Part shown: positions 1-9,195 of the stretch, piece by piece
Position numbering within the stretch: position 1 is the first letter of the stretch
How the letters are laid out: each line of letters starts with the position of its first letter
Assembly (NCBI RefSeq): GCF_042408815.1
Contig: NZ_JBHOQR010000005.1
Span: 3,828-67,827, forward strand
Origin: Thermoflexus sp.
GTDB taxonomy: Bacteria > Chloroflexota > Anaerolineae > Thermoflexales > Thermoflexaceae
Length of the DNA: 64,000 nt
Reading direction: 5' to 3'
Notes under the pieces: generated by a model
Told to the model about the DNA's origin: nothing
The model's database searches: none
Seen by the model: only the letters and a program-made list of their open reading frames with translations
Made by a program: the position numbers and the translations under genes

Positions 1-1495
1 GCCCGTCGTGGTGGTCCTCGGCCACGTGGATCATGGGAAGACCACCCTGCTGGACGCCATCCGCCGCACGAATGTGGCGGCCCAGGAGGTGGGGCAGATC
101 ACGCAGCGGATCGGCGCCTATCAGGTGGAATACAACGGGCGGAAGATCACCTTCCTGGATACGCCGGGCCACGAGGCGTTCACCCAGATGCGGGCCCGGG
201 GCGCCCAGGTGACCGATATCGCTGTCCTGGTGGTGGCCGCCGATGATGGGGTGATGCCCCAGACCCGCGAGGCGCTGGCCCACGCCCGGGCCGCCCGATT
301 GCCGGTGATCGTGGCCCTCAACAAGATCGATAAGCCCACCGCCAACGTGGAGCGCGTGATGAGCCAGCTCTCGGAGCTCGGCCTGGTTCCCCAGGAATAC
401 GGTGGGGACACCATCGTGGTGAAGGTCTCGGCCAAGCAGCGCATCGGCATCGAGGATCTCCTGGAGGCGATCCTGTTAGTGGCGGAGACCCGGGAGATCA
501 AAGCCAATCCAGATCGCCCGGCGATGGGCACGGTGATCGACGCCCGAGTGGATAAGCGAGGGCCGGTGGCCACCCTGCTGGTGCAGAACGGCACTCTCAA
601 ACAGGGAGACATGATCGTCGCCGGTGCCACTTACGGTCGGGTCCGCGCTATGTTTGACGACCGGGGCCGTCCCTTGAAGAAGGCACTCCCCTCCACGCCG
701 GTGGAGGTCCTGGGGCTCTCGGATGTGCCGGAGGCAGGAGACTTCTTCGAGGTGGTGGAAAACGAGCGCCAGGCCCGGGAACTGGCGGAGCGGCGGGCGG
801 CCGAGCGCCAGCGACAACGCCAGGTCCGGCGGATGAGCCTGGAAGACCTTTACCGCCGCATGCAGTCGGGAAAGGTTCGCGAATTCAATGTCATCGTCAA
901 GACGGACGTCCAAGGATCCATTGAGCCGATCATCAGCCTCTTGCAGCGGCTGGTGGAGAAGCACGCCCGGGATCAGCTCCAACTGAACGTCCTCCACGCC
1001 GATGCCGGCGAGGTCAGCGTCTCGGATGTCACCCTGGCGGCCGCCTCCGACGCCATCATCATCGGATTCAACGTCCCGGTGGATGCGGCGGCGAAGCGGC
1101 TGGCGGAGAGCGAGGGGGTGGATATCCGGCTTTACCATGTGATCTACCACATCGAGGAGGACCTGGAGAAGGCCCTGAAGGGCATGCTGGCCCCCGCCAT
1201 CCAGGAACGAATCCTGGGCCACGCCGAGGTCCGTCAGGTCTTCAAGGTGCGGGGGGGCCAGGTGGCGGGCTGTTACGTCCGGGATGGCGAGATCCGGCGG
1301 AACGCCCTGGTGCGGGTCCTGCGGGGCGGCCAGAAGATCCACGAAGGCCGTATCGCCTCCCTCAAGCGTTACAAGGACGATGTCACCGAGGTCCGCGCGG
1401 GCTACGAATGCGGGATCGGACTGGAGGGATTCCACGATTTCGCCCCAGGGGATGTCCTGGAGTGCTTCATCCGGGAGGAAATCGCAGCGGCATAG
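1..1495 (+). CDS. infB: Translation initiation factor IF-2, C-terminal ~495 aa (5' end lies outside window)
   Basis: Reading frame open to window edge; GTPase motifs [24 protein letters not shown]; IF-2 C-terminal domains; stop at 1493-1495. Confidence 0.95.
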   Translation, partial: PVVVVLGHVDHGKTTLLDAIRRTNVAAQEVGQITQRIGAYQVEYNGRKITFLDTPGHEAFTQMRARGAQVTDIAVLVVAADDGVMPQTREALAHARAARLPVIVALNKIDKPTANVERVMSQLSELGLVPQEYGGDTIVVKVSAKQRIGIEDLLEAILLVAETREIKANPDRPAMGTVIDARVDKRGPVATLLVQNGTLKQGDMIVAGATYGRVRAMFDDRGRPLKKALPSTPVEVLGLSDVPEAGDFFEVVENERQARELAERRAAERQRQRQVRRMSLEDLYRRMQSGKVREFNVIVKTDVQGSIEPIISLLQRLVEKHARDQLQLNVLHADAGEVSVSDVTLAAASDAIIIGFNVPVDAAAKRLAESEGVDIRLYHVIYHIEEDLEKALKGMLAPAIQERILGHAEVRQVFKVRGGQVAGCYVRDGEIRRNALVRVLRGGQKIHEGRIASLKRYKDDVTEVRAGYECGIGLEGFHDFAPGDVLECFIREEIAAA

Positions 1496-1608
1496 CGGGC
1501 CCCAGTTGGCCGAACTTCCAGATGGGGGGGAGAGACGGATCGGGCCCCCAGCCCGGTGAGCCGCGGGGAGGGAAACCCCCAAGGCCGGATCGCCCGGGGG
1601 ACCCTTTC

Positions 1609-1637
1609 TTGTTTCCCCCCTAGAGGCATGCTATAAT
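1609..1637 (+). promoter_or_regulatory. Sigma70-type promoter with extended -10, upstream of greA leader
   Basis: TTGTTT(1609-1614), 17-nt spacer, TGcTATAAT(1629-1637); AT-rich hexamer in otherwise GC-rich DNA. Confidence 0.5.
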
Positions 1638-1688
1638 GGGGACGCTATCCGGAGGATGACCGGGATCAAGCGACAAGTTTCAACAAAC

Positions 1689-1720
1689 AGGGCGCCTGAA
1701 CGGGCGCTCTTTCTGTTTAT
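1689..1720 (+). terminator. Intrinsic terminator-like hairpin inside greA leader
   Basis: 8-bp stem 1689-1696/1703-1710 (one G-U pair), 6-nt loop, then TTCTGTTTAT; sits between the promoter at 1609-1637 and the greA ATG. Confidence 0.5.
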
Positions 1721-1773
1721 CATCTTGCTGTCCATGGGATATCGCCGCGAAAACTATACTCTTGCGAGGACCT

Positions 1774-2247
1774 ATGAGCGAGCAACCGATCTATCTAACC
1801 CGTGAGGGTTATCAGAAACTCCTCGAAGAGCTGGAGTATCTCCGTACAGTCCGGCGCCAGGAGATCGCCAAGCGACTGAACCTGGCGATGGACGAAGGCA
1901 ATTATGATGAAAACGCCGAATACGAGGCCGCCAAGACGGAGCAGGCGTTTGTGGAAGGCCGCATCATGATGCTGGAGTCCATGCTCCGCCGGGCGGTGAT
2001 CATTGAGGAAACCAAAGGCCCTAAAACCTTCGTCACCCTGGGGAGCTGGGTGACCATTCAGGAGGAGGGCAGCTCCACCCCAGAGCGCTATCAGGTGGTC
2101 GGCTCGGCCGAGGCGGACCCCGCTCGAGGCCGGATCTCCAATGAGTCCCCACTGGGGCAGGCGCTCCTGGGGCGCCAGGTGGGGGATGTGATCACCGTCA
2201 ACGCCCCAGATGGGGTTCTGCGTTTCCGCATCCTCCGCATCGAATAG
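1774..2247 (+). CDS. greA: Transcription elongation factor GreA
   Basis: MSEQPIYLTREGYQKLLEELEYLR... N-terminal coiled coil plus C-terminal GreA/GreB domain; GAGGA RBS 4 nt before ATG 1774 (track ORF starts at upstream TTG 1762). Confidence 0.9.
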   Translation: MSEQPIYLTREGYQKLLEELEYLRTVRRQEIAKRLNLAMDEGNYDENAEYEAAKTEQAFVEGRIMMLESMLRRAVIIEETKGPKTFVTLGSWVTIQEEGSSTPERYQVVGSAEADPARGRISNESPLGQALLGRQVGDVITVNAPDGVLRFRILRIE

Positions 2248-2257
2248 GTTTCCGACA

Positions 2258-3775
2258 ATGGCCCTCTTTCGAGAGATTGTCCGCCGCCGTCTGGAAAAGG
2301 TCGCCCGCCTCCGGGCCCAGGGCATCGATCCGTATCCGCCGCGTTCGCGGCGCACCCACACCAGCGCGCAGGCGATCCGAGCCTTTCAGGCTGTCGAGGC
2401 CGGCGAGGAAACCGTGGAGGCGGTAGTCGCCGGGCGCCTCACGGCGATCCGGGTAATGGGGAAAGTGACCTTCGCAGACCTCCACGACGGTGACGGTCGT
2501 CTCCAGCTGTTCCTCCGCTACGATGACTTGGGCGAGGAGCGTTATCGTTTCTTCCAGGAATTTTTCGACCTGGGCGATTTCATCGAGGCGGAAGGAACAA
2601 TGATGCGCACCCGGACCGGGGAGATCTCCCTGCGGGTTCGGGATTTCCGCATGCTGGCCAAGGCGATCTACCCGCCCCCCTCCCGCTGGCACGGCCTGAA
2701 GGATGTGGAGACTCGTTACCGGCGTCGCTACCTGGACCTGATGATGAACCCGGAGGTTCGGGAGATCTTCCGCACCCGCGCAGCCCTCGTCCGAGCCATA
2801 CGGACCTTCCTGGACGAACGGGGGTTCATCGAAGTGGAGACGCCGATCCTGCAGCCGATTTACGGCGGGGCCTCCGCTCGCCCCTTCGTGACTTATCACA
2901 ACGAGCTAAAGCAGCAACTCTACCTGCGGATCAGCTTTGAGCTCTACCTCAAGCGCCTGCTCGTGGGGATGTTCGAGCGGGTATATGAGATCGGCCGCGA
3001 TTTCCGCAACGAGGGGATTTCCTTCAAGCACAATCCGGAATTCACTCAGATGGAATGCTACGTGGCCTACGCCGATTATGAGGAGATGATGCGACTGACG
3101 GAGGAGCTGATCGCCTTCGCCGCCGATCGGGTGCTGGGGCGCCGCACTCTGGTTTACCAGGGCCACGAGATCGATCTCAATCCGCCTTGGCGCCGCCTCC
3201 CCCTCCGGGAGGCCATCCTGGAGTTCGCGGGGATCGACATCGCTCAGTATCCCACCCGCGAATCCCTGGCCGCCGTGATGGCAGCCCGCGGCATCGAGGT
3301 CGACCCTCGCGCCAGCCGGGGCAAGCTGATCGATGCCCTGATCTCGAAGTTCGTAGAGCCCCATCTCATCCAGCCGACTTTCGTCTATGATTACCCTCGG
3401 GAGATCTCGCCCCTGGCCAAGGCCCGCCCAGACGATCCGGAGACGGTGGAACGTTTCGAGGGATTCATCGGAGGCATGGAGATCTGCAATGCCTTCACAG
3501 AGCTGAACGACCCGCTGGATCAGGAGCAACGGTTCCTGGAACAGGGACGGGCGCGCGAGGCTGGAGATGAGGAGGCGCACCCAATGGATGAGGACTACCT
3601 GGATGCGATGCGCTACGGGATGCCTCCGAACGGAGGCCTGGGGGTGGGAATCGACCGTCTGACCATGCTCTTCACGGACCGGCGTTCGATCCGGGAGGTG
3701 ATCCTGTTCCCGCACCTTCGGCCCCGGGAGCGCCGTCAGGAGGAGGCCGAACTGGAGGAACTGGCCGAAGGTTAA
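2258..3775 (+). CDS. lysS: Lysine--tRNA ligase, class II
   Basis: OB-fold N-domain plus class II motifs (DFRNEGIS..HNPEFT.MECY, GGLGVGIDRL); ATG 2258 lies 10 nt after greA stop. Confidence 0.95.
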   Translation: MALFREIVRRRLEKVARLRAQGIDPYPPRSRRTHTSAQAIRAFQAVEAGEETVEAVVAGRLTAIRVMGKVTFADLHDGDGRLQLFLRYDDLGEERYRFFQEFFDLGDFIEAEGTMMRTRTGEISLRVRDFRMLAKAIYPPPSRWHGLKDVETRYRRRYLDLMMNPEVREIFRTRAALVRAIRTFLDERGFIEVETPILQPIYGGASARPFVTYHNELKQQLYLRISFELYLKRLLVGMFERVYEIGRDFRNEGISFKHNPEFTQMECYVAYADYEEMMRLTEELIAFAADRVLGRRTLVYQGHEIDLNPPWRRLPLREAILEFAGIDIAQYPTRESLAAVMAARGIEVDPRASRGKLIDALISKFVEPHLIQPTFVYDYPREISPLAKARPDDPETVERFEGFIGGMEICNAFTELNDPLDQEQRFLEQGRAREAGDEEAHPMDEDYLDAMRYGMPPNGGLGVGIDRLTMLFTDRRSIREVILFPHLRPRERRQEEAELEELAEG

Positions 3776-3992
3776 CGCACGAGAGGGCGTTCCCCCAGAC
3801 CGGCTGCGATCGCGGCTGGACCTGCACTGTAGGCCCTGAATGATGGAAGGCGGGAAAACTCTTCCCCCCTCCCGCGGGGGAGATCAATGCTATTATTCTC
3901 CCGCAGGCCATTGAGGGGTGCTGGGGAGAATCAAAGAAGGATGAGGGAACGTCTGCCACAAAGATGCGCCGCCGATCCCTGAGGGGGCCGCG

Positions 3993-4505
3993 ATGAGTCC
4001 GCTGGAAAACCATCGTTCCGCCCGCTTTGTGGCCGATACGATGCTCGGCCGCTTGGCCAAGTGGTTGCGGATCTTGGGTTACGATACCCACTACGATCCC
4101 TCCCTCGATGACGACGCCCTGTTGCGCATCGCCCAGACGGAGGATCGCATCCTGCTCACCCGGGATCATGCCCTGGCTCGCCGGGCAGGACCCCATGCGT
4201 TCTTGGTAGACCACGAGGACCTCATTCAGCAGCTGCGGGCCATCCGGGAGCAGTTCGGGGAGCCTGCAGACGTCCCGTTCTCCCGCTGCCCGGTGTGCAA
4301 CACCCGCCTGACCCCCGTCCCACGGGAAGCAGTGGCCTCCTGTGTCCCGGCTTTCGTCTGGCGGCAGTATGAACGTTTCCACCGTTGCCCGGAATGCGGC
4401 CGCGTGTATTGGCCCGGCACGCATTTTGAGCGGATGCGGTCCGTGCTGAAAGCCCTGGAGATCCATGACCTCGGGCTCGATGATGGCCGAGGTCTCAGAG
4501 CCTGA
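3993..4505 (+). CDS. Mut7-C/DUF82 family PIN-like RNase domain protein with C-terminal zinc ribbon
   Basis: N-terminal DTMLGRLAKWLRILGYD signature, then CPVCN...CPECGRVYW zinc ribbon, 170 aa. Confidence 0.7.
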   Translation: MSPLENHRSARFVADTMLGRLAKWLRILGYDTHYDPSLDDDALLRIAQTEDRILLTRDHALARRAGPHAFLVDHEDLIQQLRAIREQFGEPADVPFSRCPVCNTRLTPVPREAVASCVPAFVWRQYERFHRCPECGRVYWPGTHFERMRSVLKALEIHDLGLDDGRGLRA

Positions 4506-4518
4506 CTTCAGATCTCCC

Positions 4519-5310
4519 ATGCGGGCGGGCGAGGGAAGGGGCTTCCCGCTCTTGGTTTTATTCGGAAAAGGGGAAGCCACGCTCATCCTAACGGCGGCGT
4601 GGGTAGCCGCTGGCCACCCATCCCCGGGGCCCTGGCTGCTAGGGGCATGGCTGCTCACGGAAGCCGGATGGCCAGCGCTGCGCCGGCTGTTGCTCGAACG
4701 TTATGGAGAGGGCAGGCACCTCTCCTCAGACCTCCCCCCATTTTCCCTGCCCTATCTCCGCTCCGATAGCCCGGCGGATCTCTTCCTTCGAACGATCGGG
4801 CAGCTGGTCCGGGAGATCCGGACGCGGGCCCGGGGAGATCCAGAATTCCTGGCCACCCTAGGGACAGCACTCGCTGCCCTCGGAATCGGGATCGGGCTAG
4901 TGGGGGGCATCGGGGCATGGTTGACCCTTGGGGTTGGGGTCTCTCTCCTCCTTGGGCGGCGTCTGGGCCATCCGGGGATCGGGGAGGGAATCTGGCGGTG
5001 GGTCTTCGGCGCCTTTCCCTGGTGGTTGGGGCTGGCCGGTGGGAGCCCCTCAGCGCCCGCCCTGGTGGCGGGGATCCTAATCGGCCTGGCCTGGGTGGGG
5101 TTTCCATATCCGGCAGTCGGATGGGTCGCTTGGCCCTTGTGGGTCGCCTGGGCCGTGGCCCTGAGTCATGGACCCGGAGCTTATGGCCTGGCACTCATCG
5201 GTCTACTGCTTCAGGAAGATCGGGTCTGCCGTTCCCGTCGCGCCCAAGGAATCCTGTGGGCTCTCGCGCTGATCCTTACCATCTGGATCGTGCGGACGCT
5301 TCCGGCTTAG
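4519..5310 (+). CDS. Multi-pass membrane protein, unknown function
   Basis: G/A/L/W-rich hydrophobic helices over ~260 aa; no family recognised; start uncertain (4465-4519). Confidence 0.45.
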   Translation: MRAGEGRGFPLLVLFGKGEATLILTAAWVAAGHPSPGPWLLGAWLLTEAGWPALRRLLLERYGEGRHLSSDLPPFSLPYLRSDSPADLFLRTIGQLVREIRTRARGDPEFLATLGTALAALGIGIGLVGGIGAWLTLGVGVSLLLGRRLGHPGIGEGIWRWVFGAFPWWLGLAGGSPSAPALVAGILIGLAWVGFPYPAVGWVAWPLWVAWAVALSHGPGAYGLALIGLLLQEDRVCRSRRAQGILWALALILTIWIVRTLPA

Positions 5311-5345
5311 AGAGTTCGGAAGGGCTTCCGCCCTAGCCTTCCGCC

Positions 5346-6746
5346 TCAAACTCGAACACGCTCCCAGGCTCCGCCGATGAACCGCCATGCGAACAGCAAC
5401 GCCCGCACCGCGAAATCCGCCAGCATGCCCAGCCAGGCGCCGGGCAGCCCCCAGCCCAGCCCATAGGCGAGGAGGATCGCGATGGGAAGACGAACGACCC
5501 AGATGGATGTGGCCGTGACCAACAGCGTGTAACGGGTATCCCCGGCCCCTCGCAACGCGCCGGAGAACACAAAGCTGACCGCCATGGCCGGCTGGATCAG
5601 CGCGGTGATCCGCAGGGCCGCCGCGCCCTGAGCGATGACCTCCGGATCTTCGGTGAACAGATTCACCAGCAAGGGCCCCCCCAGGGCCAGGGCTAGCCCC
5701 ATCGTTCCCATCAGGGCCAGCGCCAAGAGGAGGGCAATGAACGTCGCCTTTCTCCCCGCTTCCGGTTGTCGCGCGCCCAGGGCCTGGCCTGTCAGGGTGG
5801 AAGCGGCCACGGCGAATCCCCATCCGGGAAGGAAGGAAAGGGACATCACCCGCAGCCCGATCTGATGGGCAGCATACGCGGCCGTCCCCAGGGCAGTGAT
5901 CACGCCGGTTAGATTCAGCAGAGCCAGCTGCAGCAGCAATTGTTCCGCTCCCGCCGGCAGCCCAACCCGGAGGATGCGCTGCAGCACCTCCCCTTCGAGC
6001 CTTAACCCGCGATGCGGTAGGACCAGACGGGCGGTTCCCCGCCACAACCGCACCCCGACCAGCACTGCCCCCAGGGTCCGGGCCAGGGCCGTCGCTATGC
6101 CCAATCCGACGATGCCCAGATGAAAGGGACTCCATGGGCCGGATAGAATCCATGCCAGCGCGGCATTGGCGAAGACCACCACCGCCCAGATGCGCATCGG
6201 GGTAAGCGTGTCCCCGGCGCCCCGGAGCGCGGCGTTGCCCACGAAGAGGACAGCTATGGCTGGGAAGGAGAGGGCCACGATGTTCAGATAGGCCCGGGCG
6301 GCGGTGCCCACCGCTGGCTCCGCGCCCAGGGCGGCGAACAGCCAGGCTCCGCCGATCCCTGCGAGCCCCATCCCGGCCAGCCCGAGGGCTCCCGCGCCGA
6401 GCAGCGCCTGGAGGGTGATCCGGCCGGCCTGATCCCGATCGCCGGCGCCGACGGCGCGGGCTACCAGAGCCGTGGCCCCTACCCCAACGGCGCCGAAGAA
6501 GACCGCCACCAGGTTCGTGAGCTGGCCACTCAACCCCACGGCGGCCAGGGCGATGGTTCCCAGATGCCCAGCGAGGTAGGCATCGGTCCAGTCCACCACA
6601 ATGTTCAACAGTTGCTCCAGGACCGCCGGCCAGGCCAACCCGAGCACGACCTTCAGCGTCATGGTCCAGGGGGCCGGAACGCCCCGATGGACACGGCGAG
6701 CAATCCCAAGCCCAGCCGGGGCGCGTCGGATTTCACGGAACGGCAT
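5346..6746 (-). CDS. MATE family efflux transporter
   Basis: 12-TM-like profile with MATE N-terminal pattern (LAWPAVLEQLLN..TDAYLAGHLG). ATG 6746 chosen because the 155 upstream codons of the track ORF are Arg/Gly/Pro-rich and overlap the neighbouring SH3 gene. Confidence 0.85.
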   Translation of the reverse strand: MPFREIRRAPAGLGIARRVHRGVPAPWTMTLKVVLGLAWPAVLEQLLNIVVDWTDAYLAGHLGTIALAAVGLSGQLTNLVAVFFGAVGVGATALVARAVGAGDRDQAGRITLQALLGAGALGLAGMGLAGIGGAWLFAALGAEPAVGTAARAYLNIVALSFPAIAVLFVGNAALRGAGDTLTPMRIWAVVVFANAALAWILSGPWSPFHLGIVGLGIATALARTLGAVLVGVRLWRGTARLVLPHRGLRLEGEVLQRILRVGLPAGAEQLLLQLALLNLTGVITALGTAAYAAHQIGLRVMSLSFLPGWGFAVAASTLTGQALGARQPEAGRKATFIALLLALALMGTMGLALALGGPLLVNLFTEDPEVIAQGAAALRITALIQPAMAVSFVFSGALRGAGDTRYTLLVTATSIWVVRLPIAILLAYGLGWGLPGAWLGMLADFAVRALLFAWRFIGGAWERVRV

Positions 6747-6781
6747 GGCCCTACTCCCTTCGGATGCCGTAGCAGGGGACG

Positions 6782-7294
6782 CTATGGCCCATAGGACGGT
6801 GTGAGATAGGCGCCCGCCGCCCAGCCCCGTTCTCCGGTCCGTGGATCCTCCAGCTGCCACCAGGTCAATCCATCCGCTTCCTCCGGGCCACCGACCACCC
6901 GCATGATTGTCCCTTCGGGAAGAAATCGGATCCGCTCCGCCTGCAGACTGGGAGCCCGACGGAAACTCAGCCCCTGCTCGCCGGCCCCGCTCACCTTTAC
7001 GAAGATTCCCACCTGGACAGCGGCGGGGAGGGTCGGCGTGGGCGTAGGCGCCGGAGGAGTGGGGCTGGGGCGTGGAGAGGGGGTCCATGTCGGCCGCGGC
7101 GTGGCGGTGGGCGGGCCGCTCAGCGCGCCCGCCATGGATCGCTGGAGCTGCCAGAACCCTCCCCCACAGATCAGCAGCGCCGCGAGGAGGGCGCCGAAAA
7201 ACAGCAACCATTCCGAGGCCCGCAACTCGCCCTCCCCCGGGCGGGGACGCACACGGATCGGCCGCTGCATCGATCCTCCCTCAGCGATGGGCAT
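6782..7294 (-). CDS. Membrane-anchored SH3b (SH3_3-like) domain protein with Pro/Thr linker
   Basis: TM anchor (WLLFFGALLAALLICGGGFW), linker TPRPTWTPSPRPSPTPPAPTPTPT, C-terminal SH3b-like block (GLTWWQLEDPRTGERGWAAGAYL); start 7294 or 7270. Confidence 0.7.
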   Translation of the reverse strand: MPIAEGGSMQRPIRVRPRPGEGELRASEWLLFFGALLAALLICGGGFWQLQRSMAGALSGPPTATPRPTWTPSPRPSPTPPAPTPTPTLPAAVQVGIFVKVSGAGEQGLSFRRAPSLQAERIRFLPEGTIMRVVGGPEEADGLTWWQLEDPRTGERGWAAGAYLTPSYGP

Positions 7295-7442
7295 GATCAA
7301 TCGTCTCCATTCTACGCCGAACCGAGAGGATAGCCCGTTCCAGCCTCGTCCGGTGGAACCGGAAACGGTTTCCACCGCGGCCTCCGGCAGTTCAGGCCAA
7401 AGGGGGCAAGGGCGTTGCCGACCTCCTGGTTGAGGATCGGGG

Positions 7443-7640
7443 ATGATCCCATCCTTGGACGCCAGCGCCATGGTGAAGCGCTATTGGCGGGAAGCAGGGA
7501 GCGATGCGGTGGTGCGCCCCACAGAGGCGACTGATCTTGTGGGCACTACCGCCATCACGTATCCCGTGGGGGGAAATGGCGTCGGCCCTGGCCAGGGCCG
7601 TAGAGGTTTCCCCGAGAACAGGCCATGAACGCGGCGCCTT
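7443..7640 (+). pseudogene. Probable PIN-domain (VapC-like) toxin remnant, frameshifted and 3'-truncated
   Basis: N-terminus MIPSLDASAMVKRYWREAGSDAVV resembles the VapC N-terminal catalytic-Asp segment. The +1 frame continues ..WGEMASALARAVE.. after ~7560. The remainder runs antisense into the M23 gene. Confidence 0.35.
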
Positions 7641-8857
7641 TACTCGACCCCTTCCACCCACTGGCGCGGATCAACGGGGATGCCTCGCACTCGGATTTCC
7701 CAATGCAGGTGGGCACCGGTGGAGAGACCGGTGTTCCCCACATAGCCCAGCAAATCCCCCGCCTTCACCCGCTGCCCGGTTTGAACAGCCACCGCGCTGA
7801 GGTGCCAGTAACCGCTACATACCCCCCAGCCGTGTCGCAGGATCACAGCGTTGCCCCGCACAACCAGCGGCCCGGCGAAGGCGACCACGCCGTCGGCCGG
7901 CGCATAAACCGATGTCCCGACGGTTCCCCGCAGGTCCAGGCCCTCATGGTAACTGGTGTAAGGCCCCCCATTATACGAACGCCGGGTGCCAAAGGGAGAG
8001 GTCACCTCGGGGTTCGCCACCGGATACCGGAAGGGGCCGCTCCAGCGCCGCTCGGGCTCGAAGGGCGTGCAGGCGGCCAGCACCTTCTCCTGCTCCTCCC
8101 GAATCCGCCGGGGGTCGAGGAGACTCTGGCGATCCGGCGGCAGGCGGATCGCTTCCCGCCCATAAGGCCCGGCGGCCACCCGCACCTGGAGGTGGACGCG
8201 CACCGTCTGACCGTCGGAGCGGCGGGCGGTGAGGGCCAGGGGATATACTCCGGGGGCCTGCATCGCCGGCACGGCCAGCAGCCCTTCCCCGCCCTCCGCC
8301 GTCGGCGCCAGGGGATAGTTCACGCCCAGAAAGGCCGCCTCCAGTGCCGCCGGTTCAGAGAGGCGAACGCGCACCGGGAACACCCGTCCCTGGATCGCTG
8401 GAGCGGCGCCCACCTCGATCTCCACAAACGGCGAGGGCCAGACAGTGGAAGCGCCCGGGGCTTCCTCTGGGACCCGAAGGACCTGTCCGGCGAAAATCCA
8501 GTTGGGGCTGTTCAGATTGTTCAAGGCCATCAGGCGCGCCACTGTAGTGCCATAGCGCAACGCGATGCGATACAGGGTCTCCCCGGGTTGAACAATATGA
8601 ATCCGTCCAGGGGAAGGGGCGGAGGCGCCGGCGGGGATGAGGAGAACCTGTCCCACATAGATCAGGTTGGGATTGGTCAGGCCGTTGGCCGCCTCGATCT
8701 CCGACACGGTGGTCCCGAAGCGCGCTGCGATGCGGGTGAGGGTATCTCCGGGTTGCACGGTGTAGCGGACCGGCTCCTGAGCGAGGGCGGGCCGAGCCAA
8801 CGCGAGGCTCAAAGCCAGCCCCATCCGGATTCCCCAGCCTCCTCGCGCCATGTCCAA
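7640..8857 (-). CDS. Secreted LysM-LysM-M23 family metallopeptidase
   Basis: Signal peptide (ALARPALAQEP), two LysM repeats (YTVQPGDTLTRIAARFG..., HIVQPGETLYRIALRYG...), M23 motifs HEGLDL and GLSTGAHLHWEI. Confidence 0.9.
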   Translation of the reverse strand: MDMARGGWGIRMGLALSLALARPALAQEPVRYTVQPGDTLTRIAARFGTTVSEIEAANGLTNPNLIYVGQVLLIPAGASAPSPGRIHIVQPGETLYRIALRYGTTVARLMALNNLNSPNWIFAGQVLRVPEEAPGASTVWPSPFVEIEVGAAPAIQGRVFPVRVRLSEPAALEAAFLGVNYPLAPTAEGGEGLLAVPAMQAPGVYPLALTARRSDGQTVRVHLQVRVAAGPYGREAIRLPPDRQSLLDPRRIREEQEKVLAACTPFEPERRWSGPFRYPVANPEVTSPFGTRRSYNGGPYTSYHEGLDLRGTVGTSVYAPADGVVAFAGPLVVRGNAVILRHGWGVCSGYWHLSAVAVQTGQRVKAGDLLGYVGNTGLSTGAHLHWEIRVRGIPVDPRQWVEGVE

Positions 8858-9195
8858 ACCTCCCCGATCCGGGCGTGGGTCAGCAAACCGACGGGACCTT
8901 CAATCAGGTAGCGGGCTGGGCGCGGGGGGATATACACCCGGAAGGGACGAGCTTCCACCGCGTGGACGATCCGCCCGGCCTCATCCAGCCAGATGGCGGC
9001 GATGGGAAAGAACACGAAGAACATATGGATGGCGGTTTCCCACCGGCCGGCTCGCGGGAACACGAAGAAGAGACCTTCTTCCTCCATCCGGAGGCGGAAC
9101 ATCCATCCGCGTCCGCGGCACCACCACGAGCGGCAGGGCCGCAGCCGGGCCAGCAGCCGTCCGTCCGGGTCATAGAGAAGAATCCGCATGGCCAT
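8809..9195 (-). CDS. DUF192 domain protein
   Basis: 128 aa with a DUF192-like core (..LFFVFPRAGRWETAIHMFFVFFPIAAIWLDEAGRIV..); short overlaps with both neighbours. Confidence 0.65.
   Translation of the reverse strand: MAMRILLYDPDGRLLARLRPCRSWWCRGRGWMFRLRMEEEGLFFVFPRAGRWETAIHMFFVFFPIAAIWLDEAGRIVHAVEARPFRVYIPPRPARYLIEGPVGLLTHARIGEVWTWREEAGESGWGWL

Noticed and set aside
6747-7211. 155-codon N-terminal extension of the MATE ORF (track ORF 5346-7211)
   Set aside because: The extension overlaps the SH3b gene on the same strand in another frame and is Arg/Gly/Pro-rich. The MATE homology begins only after the internal ATG at 6746.
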